A stretch of DNA of 64,000 nucleotides. Origin: Gnetum montanum. Lineage: Eukaryota > Plantae > Gnetophyta. Under the pieces are notes generated by a model. The model was not told the DNA's origin and did not search any database. It saw nothing but the letters and a program-made list of their open reading frames with translations. The position numbers and the translations under genes are program-made. Position 1 is the first letter of the stretch; every line of letters begins with the position of its first letter. Below are positions 12,573 to 26,470 of this stretch, piece after piece. Location: the NCBI GenBank assembly GCA_015680685.1, contig MNCI01002098.1, positions 847,486 to 911,485 on the forward strand, given 5' to 3'.

Positions 12573-13340
12573 ATGGCCTTGAAACATGGACAACAAGAAG
12601 GTCCTGCTCAAGGTGTGATCAAACAACCTAAGAGAGGTGAAGGACAAGTTTCTGCCAAACAACATGCAGAGTAGGAGGGAAAATCATTTAGTATCCACCA
12701 AGAAGACCCTGCTACTATATAATCAAGGCAGGTAGAAGGAGGAGCTACTATAGCATCTTAATAGGGACAATATCTCACGTTGCCCTAGGATTATGTTCAG
12801 ACCATCCATGAAAGGTCCATATTCACTGTAGTGATCATGGAATTAAACTTTTGACCTTTCACAGAATTTGCTCTGGAGGCCATTAGGGATCACCTCAAAG
12901 GATCCCCATTATGGCATACCCTCTCTAAAAGTGGTGCCTACTACTTAGGGAAAATGTACCAATTTTGGCACAATAAAGAATAAGGCATCACATTTAACAA
13001 TTGTGGTGTGACTATTGATTTCTTTGTTCAAGCCATTTCAGAAGTATTAAACCTTTCGAATACAGGGCCAAAGGTTGCTTACAAATAGCTGGACACTTTC
13101 AAAACTGAGCAACTTAATAAACTGTTGACAGAGAATAAAAGGGTGGCGGAAGAAAAAGAGAAGGTTGATTAGGATGCCTCTATGGCTCAAGTGCAAACTT
13201 ACATGCATGCCAAGGAAATCAAGGCCTTACAAGAGGAGAAACTCCAGGCCATACATCAATGCCATCAAATCCCAAGACCTGGAGCATAAGAAAAGGAAAA
13301 GACACCCATGGAGGAGCCACCACCACCAAGAACTACATGA
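12573..13340 (+). pseudogene. Accessory ORF of element B, internally deleted
   Basis: ATG directly follows TACTAAC...TTGATTGCAG. Contains ELNF*PFTEF...SPLWHTLSKSGAYYLGKMYQFWHNK and C-terminus EEKLQAIH...PMEEPPPPRTT*, both homologous to element C. Confidence 0.75.
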
Positions 13341-13523
13341 GTTCCATCCAATTTTGAAATCATAGGATTTTCTTTTGTGTTGTGTCTCAATTCTATTCTA
13401 ACTCCACATTGTGACATGAATCCATTTTAGTCAGTCAGTAATCCCATACCTATCCACTATGTAATCAATGGAGCTTGTTCTCACTTTAACTCGAGGACGA
13501 GTTTTCATTCAGTCATGGGGGTA

Positions 13524-14381
13524 TGATGAGTCATGGTATATCAGGCCCAGTTATCGGACCCCCAATATCGCATCAGCCACGATATCGCGTACATGATATC
13601 GTGTACACGATATCACAACCGTGATATCACGTCTACCCCGTTATATCACGTATGTGATATCACAGCCTGCCTCAATTTCTATAAATAAGAGGCAGCTTTC
13701 CTTGTTCTAGGAGTTAGTTCTTAGTTCCTTAGCTAAACTCTTGCAGTTTTATCATTTCAGAGTTAGAATAATTCCCAGTGTATGCTTGCATTGTGGTGAT
13801 TGTAATTGTACGACATCCTTTATTTGAGTGTGACGTACTTGGACACACACATGACCAGCAATAAAGATCGAGATTACTTCATCATTGCAACATTCACTTA
13901 GTTTAATTAATTATTTATTTAGTTGTTATTTACTGCTTTCCTAGTTAATCTCTTCTCACCCTTAGACTCCTGTTAAACGCAGAATGAGTACGACTTAATT
14001 ATGAGCATTTAAGTGTGACTACTTGATAACCCAGTAGTGTACCTAGGATCTGTTCTTGGTAATCCTAGTGGAAGTCATGCATGAAGTCCAAGATGTGTAC
14101 GGATAATCAAGGAATAGATGCTCATCACACTTAGGCTAGCTAGATTCTTTGTCACCCTTTCTCTCTTAGCTTACAAAATATTACCTTCCCTTGCCTTCAA
14201 GAGTAGCATTAGGTTAGAAACACATCATACACCTCACCCTAGACTAAATCATACGTGATAAAGTTAATACTAGTCCAGGTGGAAAGACAACAAACTACGA
14301 CCTAAGGGTAACTGTCTAGATGCCACAACTAGTCTATCTACGAAGTTTGACCAAATCATGCATGTAACTCTCGTATTCATA
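13524..14381 (+). repeat. 3' LTR of element B, lacking its last ~30 nt
   Basis: Starts tgatgagtc after PPT agtcatgggggta. Similarity to the 5' LTR stops at 'gtattcatat'. Confidence 0.9.
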
Positions 14382-15224
14382 TTCATCTGATGAGGCATGG
14401 AAAGGGGAGTGCCTTCCTTCAACATTCATTCTCATTGAAGCACTTCTCTATCTCAAAATAAATTAGCTGTGGAAGGTTGAAGAGAATCTTTTGCTTAAAG
14501 AAATGCACACATGGGTGGAGAAGGTTGTTATCTTGATGGGCCTCATTGTTGGATTAAGGTTAAAGGTTGTAATTTTGAAATATGCACATTTCACCATGGT
14601 GAGTGCACCAAACTCCTTGTAGTCCACTCTATAACACCATTTTGTTCATTCTTTCTTAACACTAGGATCTGCCTACATTGAAATTTTTGCAAGAGTGGGC
14701 CCAATTTTAGGCAACCCAAGGGCCTCAAAGATTACTTTCAACAAGTAGGACATAAATATGTTCTTAATTTTGACTATGAAACTGGCCTACCTATTGTTCT
14801 AGAAAATGTATGTCTCTCTCATGTACCACTCTCCACTACAAGTGATGATGGGCCACATGGAAGAGCTTTGTAGTTTAGTCTTGACTTCTAGAGAAGAAAA
14901 CTCCAAGAAGGATCCAAAGTTTAGCTCTTGAAGCATAGATTTATAAACCTCCTTGGATGCAATTTGTTTGAGATAGGCATCTGTTAGGATGATCTCAAGG
15001 TTCAATCTTGGCCCTAGTGCCTCATCTCAGTGTGAATGTTCTATCTCGGCCACTTCAAGAATTTGTTTAACATATTCCACTTTGGACTCCTTCTAAAGAG
15101 GTCCCATTTCATGGATTTCTACTACCTACTTCTAGGGTTGTTCTTGGCCCCTTCTAGCTCTTGGCCATTTTTTCCTTGGTTGGGATAGTGCTCCCTTCTG
15201 TGGGTACTTTCCTTTTAGTGCCAT
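14382..15224 (-). pseudogene. N-terminal part of the element A accessory ORF
   Basis: Starts MALKGKYPQKG at 15224. ORF 14799-15005 contains ELNFGSFLEF...SSMWPIITCSGEWYMRETYIF, homologous to B and C. Confidence 0.75.
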
Positions 15225-16212
15225 TTTTGTTCATAACAAAACCAAGGATTAGCATGTGATGTGTAACTTATATCCTTTAGGTACCTTATCTTGTTGGATA
15301 ATTACACTTTGGCTAAGTTATGACCATGGTAGATTGATTATTTTAATATTATTTAATTTAGAAGGTCACTAAAGTTTGTTGAAAGGGTTTAACTTTCATA
15401 AATCAATGTTTTTAATGTTAGTTTATTAGTTAAACCTTTATGGGAGTTAGAAAAATTTTCATTAAAAATGTAAGGTTTGTGGCCCCCATGACATAGAGCT
15501 TACCTCTGATAGCTGTAGAACTAAAGAATGGGTTAATTAGACAAACAATTTGAAAGTTATGGCTCTTGGAAGGTTTTGGGCTCTAAATAATTCAAAAACC
15601 TTCTCTTCATTTAACCTCAAATGTAAAACAAATTGTAAGTGTGGCTGCGTATTTATAGGATTTTTATGCTGCATAGATGAGGTCTTATCTATGTGCTCAA
15701 GTTCGTAGATGGGATCCTATGGATGCAGCCTATGCCAAAAATTTTCACATTGAAAAATATAAGAAATGGAGAGAGTTAGAGCATGAATTTGAAATCCTTG
15801 GAGAGCCAAAAAAGCCATGAACATGATGAAATTCTTGAATATGGATTAGATTGTTTACAAAAAATGAGGTTTAGCTAGAGAATGAATTGATAGGAGAAGG
15901 GCCATTAAGAAGCACATAGCTAGATGCAACTGATGGGTAATAAGGATTTAATTACAAAAATGCCTAAGGATAAAAAACTTAACTAGCCTTACCACAAGAA
16001 ATACAAGTGGGTCCTTCCCATAGCAAGCTCATGCCCTTTTTGCCTTTACATGTCCTCAAACCAAGGAGTCCATGGGCCCCATGGTTGATTAATGGTTATG
16101 GAAAGTTAAGGACCCAATTTGGGAAGAATCTACCTAAGAACCTCAACACATCAAACTAAGACATTGAACAAGACATGAAGAACTAGAAGTGAGGTGAATT
16201 ATGGGAAGCATT

Positions 16213-16219
<7 letters not shown>

Positions 16220-16252
<33 letters not shown>

Positions 16253-16268
16253 NGAGAGAGAGAGAGAG
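16220..16268. repeat. (GA)n microsatellite
   Basis: Direct reading. Contains an assembly n at 16253, so its length is unreliable. Confidence 0.95.
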
Positions 16269-17269
16269 GAATGGAGTTCCAGATCATGGTCATGTGAAGT
16301 CCCTTATGGATGTTGTGGTTAAATGACTCGATAAATTTCATGCTTAGTCTAGATTAAAATGAACCTCTTCTAGTGCATTGATACTCTAAAACAAGTGCAC
16401 CTCCTTGAGACACAAGAATACTCTCATAGATTAATCACTATTCCTAAAAGAGAAGAAAAGAGAAGAAGGAAGTGAGATGGGCCTTAGTTATAGGGGACCT
16501 TTAAGCATGGGTAACATGTCTTTCTAGTTCCATAACCAATTCTTGAAGCCCATTATTAAGTCTAAGTGGTATGTTTTCAATTCTGATCATTTTTTTTATT
16601 TTTATGTTTGTATGGATTTTTTGATGGGAACCACACCATGTAAAGACTTTAACTTCCTATTATTGGTTGACAACAGAATGGTAAGAAATCCATGAAAAGA
16701 CTCATGCACTCAAGAGGGTAGGCAAGTACAGAGAGCATTAAATCTCCTTGAATTCACTCTCTTATCAATTCATTTAATTCTTCCCAAGCTTGGAAAATAC
16801 CAAAGTCAAGAGTTTGTTAAAAAGTTATTATTAAGGAAGGGACCTCATATTTCCAAAATAAGAAATACCATAGAGTTTTGTGGATGGGTGGATGATGTGG
16901 ACTCACTGCCCATTCCATGAAAAGAAACCATGTCTTAGCTATTAGTACCAATATTCAAAGATAGAATCCAGACATTAGCAATCAAAAACATGAAGTACAA
17001 ACGACCATCAATAGTAACTACAACAGCACTGTGTCATGTTGGCAATAAAGGAAAAGAAGAAAACATGAGAAAAAAATAAGAAAAAAAACCAAATTAATGT
17101 AAAATATAAAAGAAATTATAAAATATTTAATAAAGATAAAACATACTAAGGATGACATAAAATACAAAATGTGAAAAGTAAGAAAGAATGAAAATTGAGA
17201 AGCCACTTTGTATGATTAGCATGAATGACCATATCCCCTCACAATTGAGTTGGAAGGAGGAGATCAGAA

Positions 17270-20200
17270 ATATTAAGCATGCTTGTCCATTTGAGGAGGT
17301 GTTGTGATCATTGGCTCTCTTAGCCTCATGGAATGATTTGACTTATTGTGTGTTGACCAGTGGTTTCTTATTTGGGCTTTCAGGTCTGTATATCAACATG
17401 ATCCTAGAAGAAAATGTTTCATAGATAATATAAGGCCCTTCCCAAAATGTTTGAAACTTGGTTCTTTATGGCACAACTGTGGGGTTCTAGTAAAGGACCT
17501 TGTCTCCTAGTTGAAATTTTACTTTCCTTATTTTAAGGTCAAGGCATTGCTTGTTGAATGCTTTATGTACTTCATTCAAGGATAGGGCCACCAATCGATT
17601 CTTATCTAGCACATTAAGGCTGATCAGTCTCTCTTTCTATGCTAGACTAAGGTCAAGGTTAAGGTCATAGGTTGTTGAAAGTGTACGGGGATCAAATTAA
17701 ATAAGAAGAGTTGGTAGTTTTTTGTACATTAGCTCATAGGGAGAAGATCCTATAAAGAGTTTCTATGTTGAGAAATAGGCCCATAGAGCATCATTAATTT
17801 TAGTGCTCCAATCTCTCCTATATTTGCTAATTGCTCTTGTTAAGATCTAAGTGATCTCCCTATTCATAATCTTAGCTTAACCATTAGATTGGAGGTGGTA
17901 AGGTGTTATTAATTTATGTTCTATCCCCAAGAGTTGCATGAGTTTTTGAAAGGTGCTACCTATAAAATGAGTACCATTATTAGAAATCAGTGCACATGGC
18001 ACTCCAAACCTATTTACAACATTTTTTTTGTACAAATCGAGTAGCCATAGAGGATGTACAGTTAATGACAACTGTTGCTTCTTCTCACCTTGTACAATAG
18101 TCAATAGTGACTATGATGTTTTCCTTTTCATTCAACATGGATGTGATGGGACCCATGGAGTCAATGCCCCAAATGTCAAAAGGTTCTAGTGGTTGGATCC
18201 ACTACTAAGGATCCTCCATACGAGCAATCATCCACCATGACATTGGCAGAGACAAATTGGTGAGCATCCTTGAAGAGTGTTGGCCAATATTACCTTGCCA
18301 TCATGATTTTCATGGTCATGCATCTCCTGGCATAGTGGCCTCGACAAGGGTTTTCATGAGCATCCTAGAGGACATGTAGTTGGTTAGCCTCAAAAACACA
18401 CCTACAAACCAAGCCATCAACATAGACCTTGTAAAAGTGTCTGTTGATCTTCATGAAGCATTTTTCCTAATGAAAAAAACTATTCTTTTTTCCTACCATC
18501 CAGCTCTTATGCCATCTCCTAAGTGAGAAGGTAGGTAAGGATGTCATGATACCAGTTAGGTTCATTGGACACTTGTTAATTTATAACACCAATAAAGAGG
18601 AGTTCATTAGGAAATTAATCAAAAAGTGAGCTCTCCTCCTCTTTATTTTCCAATTGCAATCAAGACAAGTGGTTAGTGACCACATTCTTAGTTCCCTTTG
18701 GATCTAGCATTACAAGATTGAATTCTTACAAGATCACCATCCACCATATGACACAAGGGCTCACCATTGGTTTATTCATGAAGAAGTAGATTGCACTGTG
18801 ATCTATGTGCAACAACACCTTGTACCCAAGCACATAGTGCTTGAATTTTTTTAATGTATACACCACCATCATCAATTATTTCTCTATTTTTGTGTAATTC
18901 AACTACACACCCACAATGCTTTAGCTGACACAGTGGATATAGTAAGGATGTTTTTAATCATCCAACTATGTGAGCATGGCTTCCAAAGCATAATTTAATG
19001 CATCAATTATGATATGAAATGATCTAGATCAATTAGGTGATTATAGAATTAGAGTTTTTGTGAGATTTTATTTGAGTTGTTGAAATGCATTCTCACATTC
19101 CTCGATCTAAATGAATAGAACATCCTTATTTGTAAGCTCTACCAATGATTTGGAAATCTCAGAGAAATTCTCTATGAAGCATCGGTAGTAGCCAGTGTAA
19201 CCAAGGAATGACTAGACATTTTTAACAATTTCTCTTAATGGGTAATTCCTTGGATGACCCTTATTTTCTTATGGTTGATGAGTGGTGAAGGTACCGATAT
19301 GTCCAACTATATGAATCACAAAGAGTTCGTGCATGATTTGGTTGAATTTCATGGACTCTGTAGTTTTCTAGTGCACTAGTTCTCTAGGAGGTGAATTGGA
19401 TGTTGTGAACATTCGTTATCTTCCCAGTTACACTTGTGAATCTCAAGGATATGATTTAAGTGTAATTGAGGTACATGATTTTTGTAATTTTGTGTTTTAT
19501 GGATTTGATACTTGAAAGAAATAGGATAAGTAATAAAGTAATTTAATGTCTACTTTAATCTAATTGACTAACTTTTGTGTAACTAGTCCTAACATAAGTA
19601 TCTAGTCCCACCTGCTATACACATCCTAAAAACATATAATGTTGCTGGGTTACTAAGCGTTAAGTGTTGCTAGGATTACCAAATTTCATACGCATGCTCG
19701 AAGCCATTGTACTTATGTGTTTACTTAATCACTATTTAGGTTATCTTGTTTAATTACTTAATTAACATAATTACTGAAGAACATTGAATAAATGAATAAA
19801 AGCATTAAATGCATAAATAAAATATTTAAGCTATCCAGAATGCTACAAGGTTTATCAAGAATCTTGTCTTTATTGTTGCACACACTATTGTGCTGAAGTA
19901 CAATAGTGCTTGAATAAAGATCCATACACTCAATGACTCTTACTATGGTCACTTAGGAAAATATTTTAACTTTTGAATGGAAGAACTACAAGAGCTTTGC
20001 TACAAAAATGACAAAATGATGCCTAAACATGGTGGGTTGGCATGTATTTATATGCAAGAACAAATCCTACATTGACATGGCCATGTCAATGCATGAAATG
20101 ATGCATCGATGGGGCCTAATCGATGAGGCCTCATCGACATGGCCAATCTGCGACTCATCAATGGTCAACCTCAATCCTTGCTTGGAATATTTTATTTCTT

Positions 20201-23200
20201 GAGAAAATTCCCTCCTAGACCATTAAATGACTTTTTTTCCAATTGAGTTGAAGGTTGGTCTCCACACACATTCTTAATACTTGCTTAAGGTGGTCTAGGG
20301 CTTACTCAAATATATCCTCATAGGTGGAGAAGTCATCCATGAAGACTTCCATCTCACTACTAATCTACTATTGAAAGATGCGGAGGACAAGATGTTGGAA
20401 GGTTGCACAGGAATTGCAAAGACCGAATGACATCTTTCTATATGCAAAAGTCTCCTAGGGACTTATGAATGTTGTTTTGGCTTGATCCTCTAGTGCAATT
20501 TGAATTTGGTTATAGCCACTATAGCCATCTAGAATGTTGTAGGAGTAATGCTCTGAGATGGTGTCCAACACTTGATCCACAAATGAAAATAGAAAATGAT
20601 CTTTGTAGGTTACCATGTTTAATAACATAAAGTCAATATAGACTATCCACTTGCCACCTTTCTTTGGCACTATTACAAATGGGCTAACCCACTTACTATC
20701 CACAATTGGATAGATGAACCCTACCTTGATGAGTTTTACAATCTATTATTTGATGATCTGCTATAGTTTAATATTTAACCATCGTTGTGGCTACCTCTTT
20801 AGCTTCATAGAAGGATCTATATAGATGCGATGCTAGCATATCCTAAGATCAATCCTAGTGAGTTCAAGATATGACCAAGCAAAGATTATTGGCCATTTGT
20901 TGACCACCTTCAAAAAATATTTTGTTTAGGAGAAAGATTGGCATTGATTATCACTTCCATTATTTAGAAAAGCATATTCCATGCCAATAGGTAGATTTTT
21001 TAACTTAAGGAGCTCCTATTTGAAATTTTCATGGATTTCCAACTCTTCCCAATTGGTTTCATTAGGTTCATCATTGGAGATTTAGCAATGAACTTACTCT
21101 AGTTCATCCATGCCTTCAACATAGGCACTCATCAGGATCTTAGTTGGTTCTATGCATATTTTTGAGCTATTATCACGATCAACTATCAACCACTGGATCT
21201 CCTCCTATTTTTTGGCTACTGAGTATAGGTAACTTTGAATTTTGGGCACATCTACACATTTTCTACATACTATGATGGATGTACTTTCTATGAATCATAG
21301 TTTTTGCACATAGTTATAACCTGTGTCACTATACACGATACATGGAACTCTCTTCTTCTTTATCTTCTTGAATGCATTTTTCCTAGAAATCTCCAAGAAT
21401 AGATCTCTAATTTCCAGCCATGGATCAATGGTGCTTAACCAAGCCTTTTCCATGATGATTGGAAAGTTTCCCTTGTAATTATCAATATGGATCACTAGGA
21501 AGTTAGTAGGATAGGACCACCCACAAATGGTGGTTACAATGTCCTTCACAAATCCTAATGGAATAGTGATGGATTGATCTACCAACTCAAAACAAATGTT
21601 GCTATTCTTTAGTGGATGCAAGTTCTAGGCTTTGTACATCTCATGGAAAATTAGATTTACACTATAACTTGAACCTAGAAGAGCCTTTCAAAGCTCATTC
21701 CTAGTGAGTTTTAGGTAAATAAGGGGAATCCCAAGATCAAATCGGTTCTTGGGAATGTGACCAACCTTTATCCAATTAGTTACCGCATGGGTTAACATCA
21801 TGGTATGCACTTTGGAAGGAATTTGATTTAAAGGGGACTCCAATGATGTAAATGTAGAGGATGATGAAGAAGCAAGGCTATCATCCATGTATGTCTATGA
21901 GTGCTTTGTAGAACTGTTGGTTTGGAAGAATGATCTTTTTTAGGATTTGTTCTCCAAACCACTTGATTGAGGAGCTGTCTATAGGTTAATAGCCCTAGTG
22001 GCATTGCATTGCTATGGCTAGGCTAAAATTTTACCCTGCATTGATGGAGCATATGGTAATTGAGTTGAGGTCAAAGGAACATGTGTAGAAGGATGAGAAG
22101 GGTAATGAGGAAATGGGGATTCCCCTCTTGGAGATTGGGTTCTTTAGTACTCAATAGGATAGTAATGATGCTAGAATGAAGCATGACTAGAAGAGTCACA
22201 TGGAGAAATGGACTACTAAACATAATACCCATATGGATAAGGGTACTTCTAATAATGGAGAAATGGGCATCACCCATGATTGTGAATGTTTCCATTGATG
22301 GTACTACTAATAAGGCTATGGTGGAGCTCCAATCATATAGTAGGTTTGTTGTTGGTGGAACTACCTAGGGTTGCCTTGAGGAAAAGGAAACCTTCTAGGT
22401 GCTTGTCTTCTGACTAGTCTAGGATTTAGAGCATACACCCTAGACTCCTAAAAGTATGGCATGATGGGACAACATCCCTTAGGATGTTTTTTTTGATAGA
22501 TGTCACACCATCATCATTTGATTCAGAATCCATAGCCTTCTCTATTGCAGTAGTTTTTCCATTACTCCTTTGGTGGACATGTTCAACTTCCTTCCTTTTC
22601 ATGCAATCATAATCACTACTTTGCTCCATGGATACCTCTTATATTTTCAAAGAAATTTGGAATTTTTTATCTAAAGAGTTTCATATTTTCTCTACCTTAG
22701 CTGAAATTTTAGAAATAAACTTTTGAATCAGTAAGGTGTTTTGTTGCACCACCTCATTAAGTCACGCCTCCTCCTCATTGTCACAAAGCTAGACCTTCCT
22801 TTTTCTAATAGAAGGATCCTAGTTGTACTCTTCTATAGTTTCCATTTTTTTTAACTCTTCCTCTTCTTTGGTAACCTACTCTATCATCCTTTGAATTAGA
22901 TGGGTCCTTAATTCTAAAAGTCTCCCTTGAGCATAGACCCTAAGAGTTCTTCATGCTTTTATGTGAAGCCCATCTATGATATGGCAAAGCTACTCTCTTT
23001 GAGAATAACCATGGCCAGGACATTGGTGCAAAAGAGAATATTACGTACCCATGATTTTTTCTAAGGGTTCATTTGTTCCTTGTTTCCAACCTTGGATTTT
23101 CTTTCTTAGATTGGACACTTGAAAGTATGTTTAATACCTATTGTTGAAGAGGTTGAACATTCTACTTCATCAATGGATTGATTCTAGCTCTAAGGACCGG

Positions 23201-24356
23201 TACTAACTTTCAACTTCTTTAATGAGTGTCCTTGGAAATATTTTTAACTTTTTCCATTCATTTTCATTGTTCTCTAAGCCATAGGCATCATGAAAGGCTT
23301 GAAGATGGTTCTGTGGGTCTGAGTTGTATCCCCTTTCAAACTTGGGGATATTGTTCATACCCAATCACTTGATTCTGCTATCTTTCACATGCCTTTTTGG
23401 AATCCTCACAACCTTTATTATGTTTAGTGTATTCCTTATTACAAGCAAAGGCTTATCATAGTCATAGCCTCTGTGATGGCCATGATGCCCATGATTCCCT
23501 TTGTTATCCCTTCTTTCATAGTGGCAAGCCTCCCTTGAATTTCCTTGTCCTTGATCCCTACTAGTCTCATGGGCATTACAATCATCTCTATCATTTCAAT
23601 CACCTCCATCATGATCACATCCTCTATGGCTTCAATAAAAGATAGAGGAAAAATAAGAAGATGTTAAAGGTGAAGAAGAGGAAGAAGAGCCAATGCCAAA
23701 ATGATGCCTACTATCCCATCTTCTTTGGTCACTACCATGATCATCATGTTTATCATCATCATGATGTTTATCCTTGTTTGTACCATAATTCCCATCTTTG
23801 GATCCCCCATGATCATGGGACCCATTCTTGCCTAAACCAGGATTGTTTACAGTGAACTATAAATTCTTGTTTAGGCCCCCTTCATTGAAACCAAGGGGAG
23901 GAGAGTCAATAAATTGAGAACCCCCAAAGAAGGGATCATCTCCATCTTTATAGCCTAGCAGAAACAAGGGATTGTTCAACTGTTTCTCCTTTGATGCTTC
24001 AGAGAATATCTCCTATCACCAATCTTTCTTATGTTGTGCTTTAGTGGGACAGTAGTGTCGATAGTCATGATCTTGCACAATGTATTTAGCATTAAGCCCC
24101 TAGATGCCCAACCTCATAAGATTTTGGAGCAGCATGGTAGAAACTGATTAACTGAGCAACAACATCATGTTGCCCTCCATGTTCCTCCATCATATCTATT
24201 TATCTTGATGCAAGATGAAGGTGAAGTTTGACACATACTCATCAAGATGATCACTCTACATTGTTGGGGCACTAGCAGATTTGTTACCCCACAACTTTGT
24301 TGATTGGATGTATGCTCAAACAGTAGCAAAGAATCAACCTTGTGAGAAGAAGACAT
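17270..24356 (-). pseudogene. Degenerate gag-pol of element A
   Basis: Gag ~22800-23400. Protease region 21295-21700 (FELVDQSI...YPTNFLVI). RT ~20165-20850 (WVSPFVIVPKKGGKW, LDGYSGYNQI, EVFMDDFS at ~20330-20350). RNase H ~18660-19270. Integrase ~17300-18560 (GHYARR, RFGVPCALISNNGTHF, TPYHLQSNG). Many stops and frameshifts. Confidence 0.92.
19276..20160 (-). mobile_element. Solo LTR (Athila-like) inserted in the RT of element A
   Basis: Termini tgatgagt...actcatca. TSD ATGGT at 19271-19275 and 20161-20165. RT peptide continues on both sides. Confidence 0.93.
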
Positions 24357-24486
24357 TTTAACTTATGAAGAAAAATAATATTCTTATAATATACTTTGTT
24401 AGTTGAATGATTTGGCTTTGACAAGTTCATTATAATGTCTTTAAATAATTTCACTAAGTCCTAGATAGCACACGTAGCTAACTAAA

Positions 24487-24505
24487 GTCCCTAACAATGG
24501 CACTA
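24487..24505 (-). promoter_or_regulatory. PBS of element A (decayed tRNA-Asp type)
   Basis: Reverse complement tagtgccattgttagggac, adjacent to the 5' LTR. Confidence 0.75.
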
Positions 24506-24506
24506 A

Positions 24507-25338
24507 TGATGAGTAGTGAGTATACCCTATGCCCAACCATAAACATCACTAGCATTCACTAAGCAATCTGGTAGGATTCTATAGACTTTAGCTTTCTAAG
24601 TACACTGGGTCTAGGAGGTGAATCTATAGATCACGATCATTGTCTTCTTAGTTCCACTTGTTAGGTTCAAGTATATGGTTAAGTATAACTGAGGCATATA
24701 ATTTTTATCATTTCATCTTTTATAATTTTAATTTCCTAAGTGCTTGAAACAAAGAAAATTTTAATATTTAATTAATCTAATAACTAACTAATACTTAACT
24801 AATCCTAACATAAGCATTTTTTCCCACTTTCCATGCATATCCTAAACATGTTACAACGCTACTGGTTTACCAAGCATTACACGCTACTAGGATTACCAAG
24901 TGTTAATGTATGCTTAAAGTAGTCATACTTATGTCTACTATTTAATTAATATTAATAACTTAATTAAAATTCATTAAAGTAAAGTTCATGAATAATAAAT
25001 GCATAAGGAAACATTAATCTATTCTGAGTGCTACAAGGTTTGATCAAAAAATCTCATCTTTATTATTGTTCACATTGAGGTGCTCAAGTACATTAGTGCT
25101 TGAATAAAGATCTACATACTTCTTTGACTCCTACTATGGGCACTTAGAAAATATTCTAACTTTCAAGAGGAAAAAATGTAAGAGCTTCGCTACACTTAAC
25201 TGAAAGATTACCATAAATGCGATTGTGGGAGTACATTTATATGAAAAAATAGGATGCCACATTGATGGGTACACGTTTATGTACCAAATCCTACATCAAT
25301 GAGGTCTTATCGTTGTAGACCAATGACATAATTTGTCA
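24507..25338 (-). repeat. 5' LTR of element A
   Basis: Aligns along its length with 5641-6510 and is followed by the TSD CATAT. Confidence 0.9.
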
Positions 25339-25479
25339 CATATGTATTATAATTCTTTCATATTTATTGAATGCAATAATATATACAAGTGTTCTTGACA
25401 ATCTATTCAAGATCATTTTCAAAACTTACAACTGGATTACATTGCATTCCATATGATAAATCCCATTAGTTTATAACTA

Positions 25480-26470
25480 GCAAGACCTCAATCAACAATT
25501 CTTTATGAACAAGCTAATAGTAAGTCCTCCTATCATATGATGGTTGGTGATTTTGTAAAAATTTGATATAACAATGATTAATAGAAAGGAAATCAAGAAT
25601 GTTGTAGTAGATCAATTATCTTGGTTACAATGAGATAATAAGACTTATGAGGAACCACTTTCTAATCAATCCTTAGATGATTTTTTTGGGTGTAAAAGTC
25701 ATGGTAATTTTATCAAATGTACTCAAGCCATGATATGTATATTTTCTTACCTTCTCACTAAATCAAGATGTCCCTACTAAATGGTACAAATATAACAAAT
25801 AACAATTCTTACATCATGTTAAATACTATATAGAGATAGAGGATAATTTCTATAAAACTTGTATAAATGACCTAGTTCAATGGTACATACTAGAAGAAGA
25901 TCAATTAGGAATTCTCTAATATGCTCATGAGGGATCTTGTGAAGGCCACTATGTTGGGAGAAAAATGATCATAAAAATCACAGCAAGATATTTTTGGCAA
26001 TGATATTTAGAAATGCTCGTCAATTTGCCAAATCTTGCAAAAGGTATTAATGCAATGGAGGTATAACAACAAGGCTTGATAATCCTTAATAGTTGATCTA
26101 ATTATTGAAATCATTTAGGTTGTGGAAAATTAATTTCATAGATCTTATCACATCCATGTCAAATGAAAATTCCTACATCATTATTGCAATGAACTATTAT
26201 ACGATATGAGTAGAAGTTGTAGTAGTAATTAATTGCATTATGATAACAATCACAAGATTCTTCCAATAATAGGTGGTAAACAAGTTTGATGTGCCATGGG
26301 CAGTTATTTTCAATAATAGTACTTATTTGATGCATACTACTTTTAATAAATTGATGAGATTCTTATGAGTGGAATAGGAACTAACTACACCTTATCATCC
26401 TTAAGCCAGTGGTCAAACCAAAGTGATCAATTAGGAAATTATGCGAATGCTTACTAGAACAATCAGCAAG
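25480..26470 (+). mobile_element. Older Athila-like RNase H/integrase remnant, interrupted by element C
   Basis: WLVIL*KFDITMINRKEIKNVVVDQLS, HEGSCEGHYVGRK and LTTPYHP*ASGQTKVIN. Cut off by the LTR starting at 26471. Confidence 0.85.

Larger units (their letters stand above)
7315..14381 (+). mobile_element. Element B: non-autonomous Athila-like element (gag plus accessory ORF, no pol) nested in element A
   Basis: LTRs at 7315-8241 and 13524-~14381 (3' end truncated). PBS 8243-8260, PPT 13511-13523. Gag remnant present. No protease, RT, RNase H or integrase motifs seen between the LTRs. Confidence 0.88.
5641..25338 (-). mobile_element. Element A: full-length decayed Athila-like Ty3/gypsy LTR retrotransposon with nested insertions
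   Basis: Homologous LTRs at 5641-6510 and 24507-25338. TSD CATAT at 5636-5640 and 25339-25343. PBS at 24487-24505, PPT at 6511-6532. Domain order gag-PR-RT-RH-IN followed by an accessory ORF. Confidence 0.92.
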
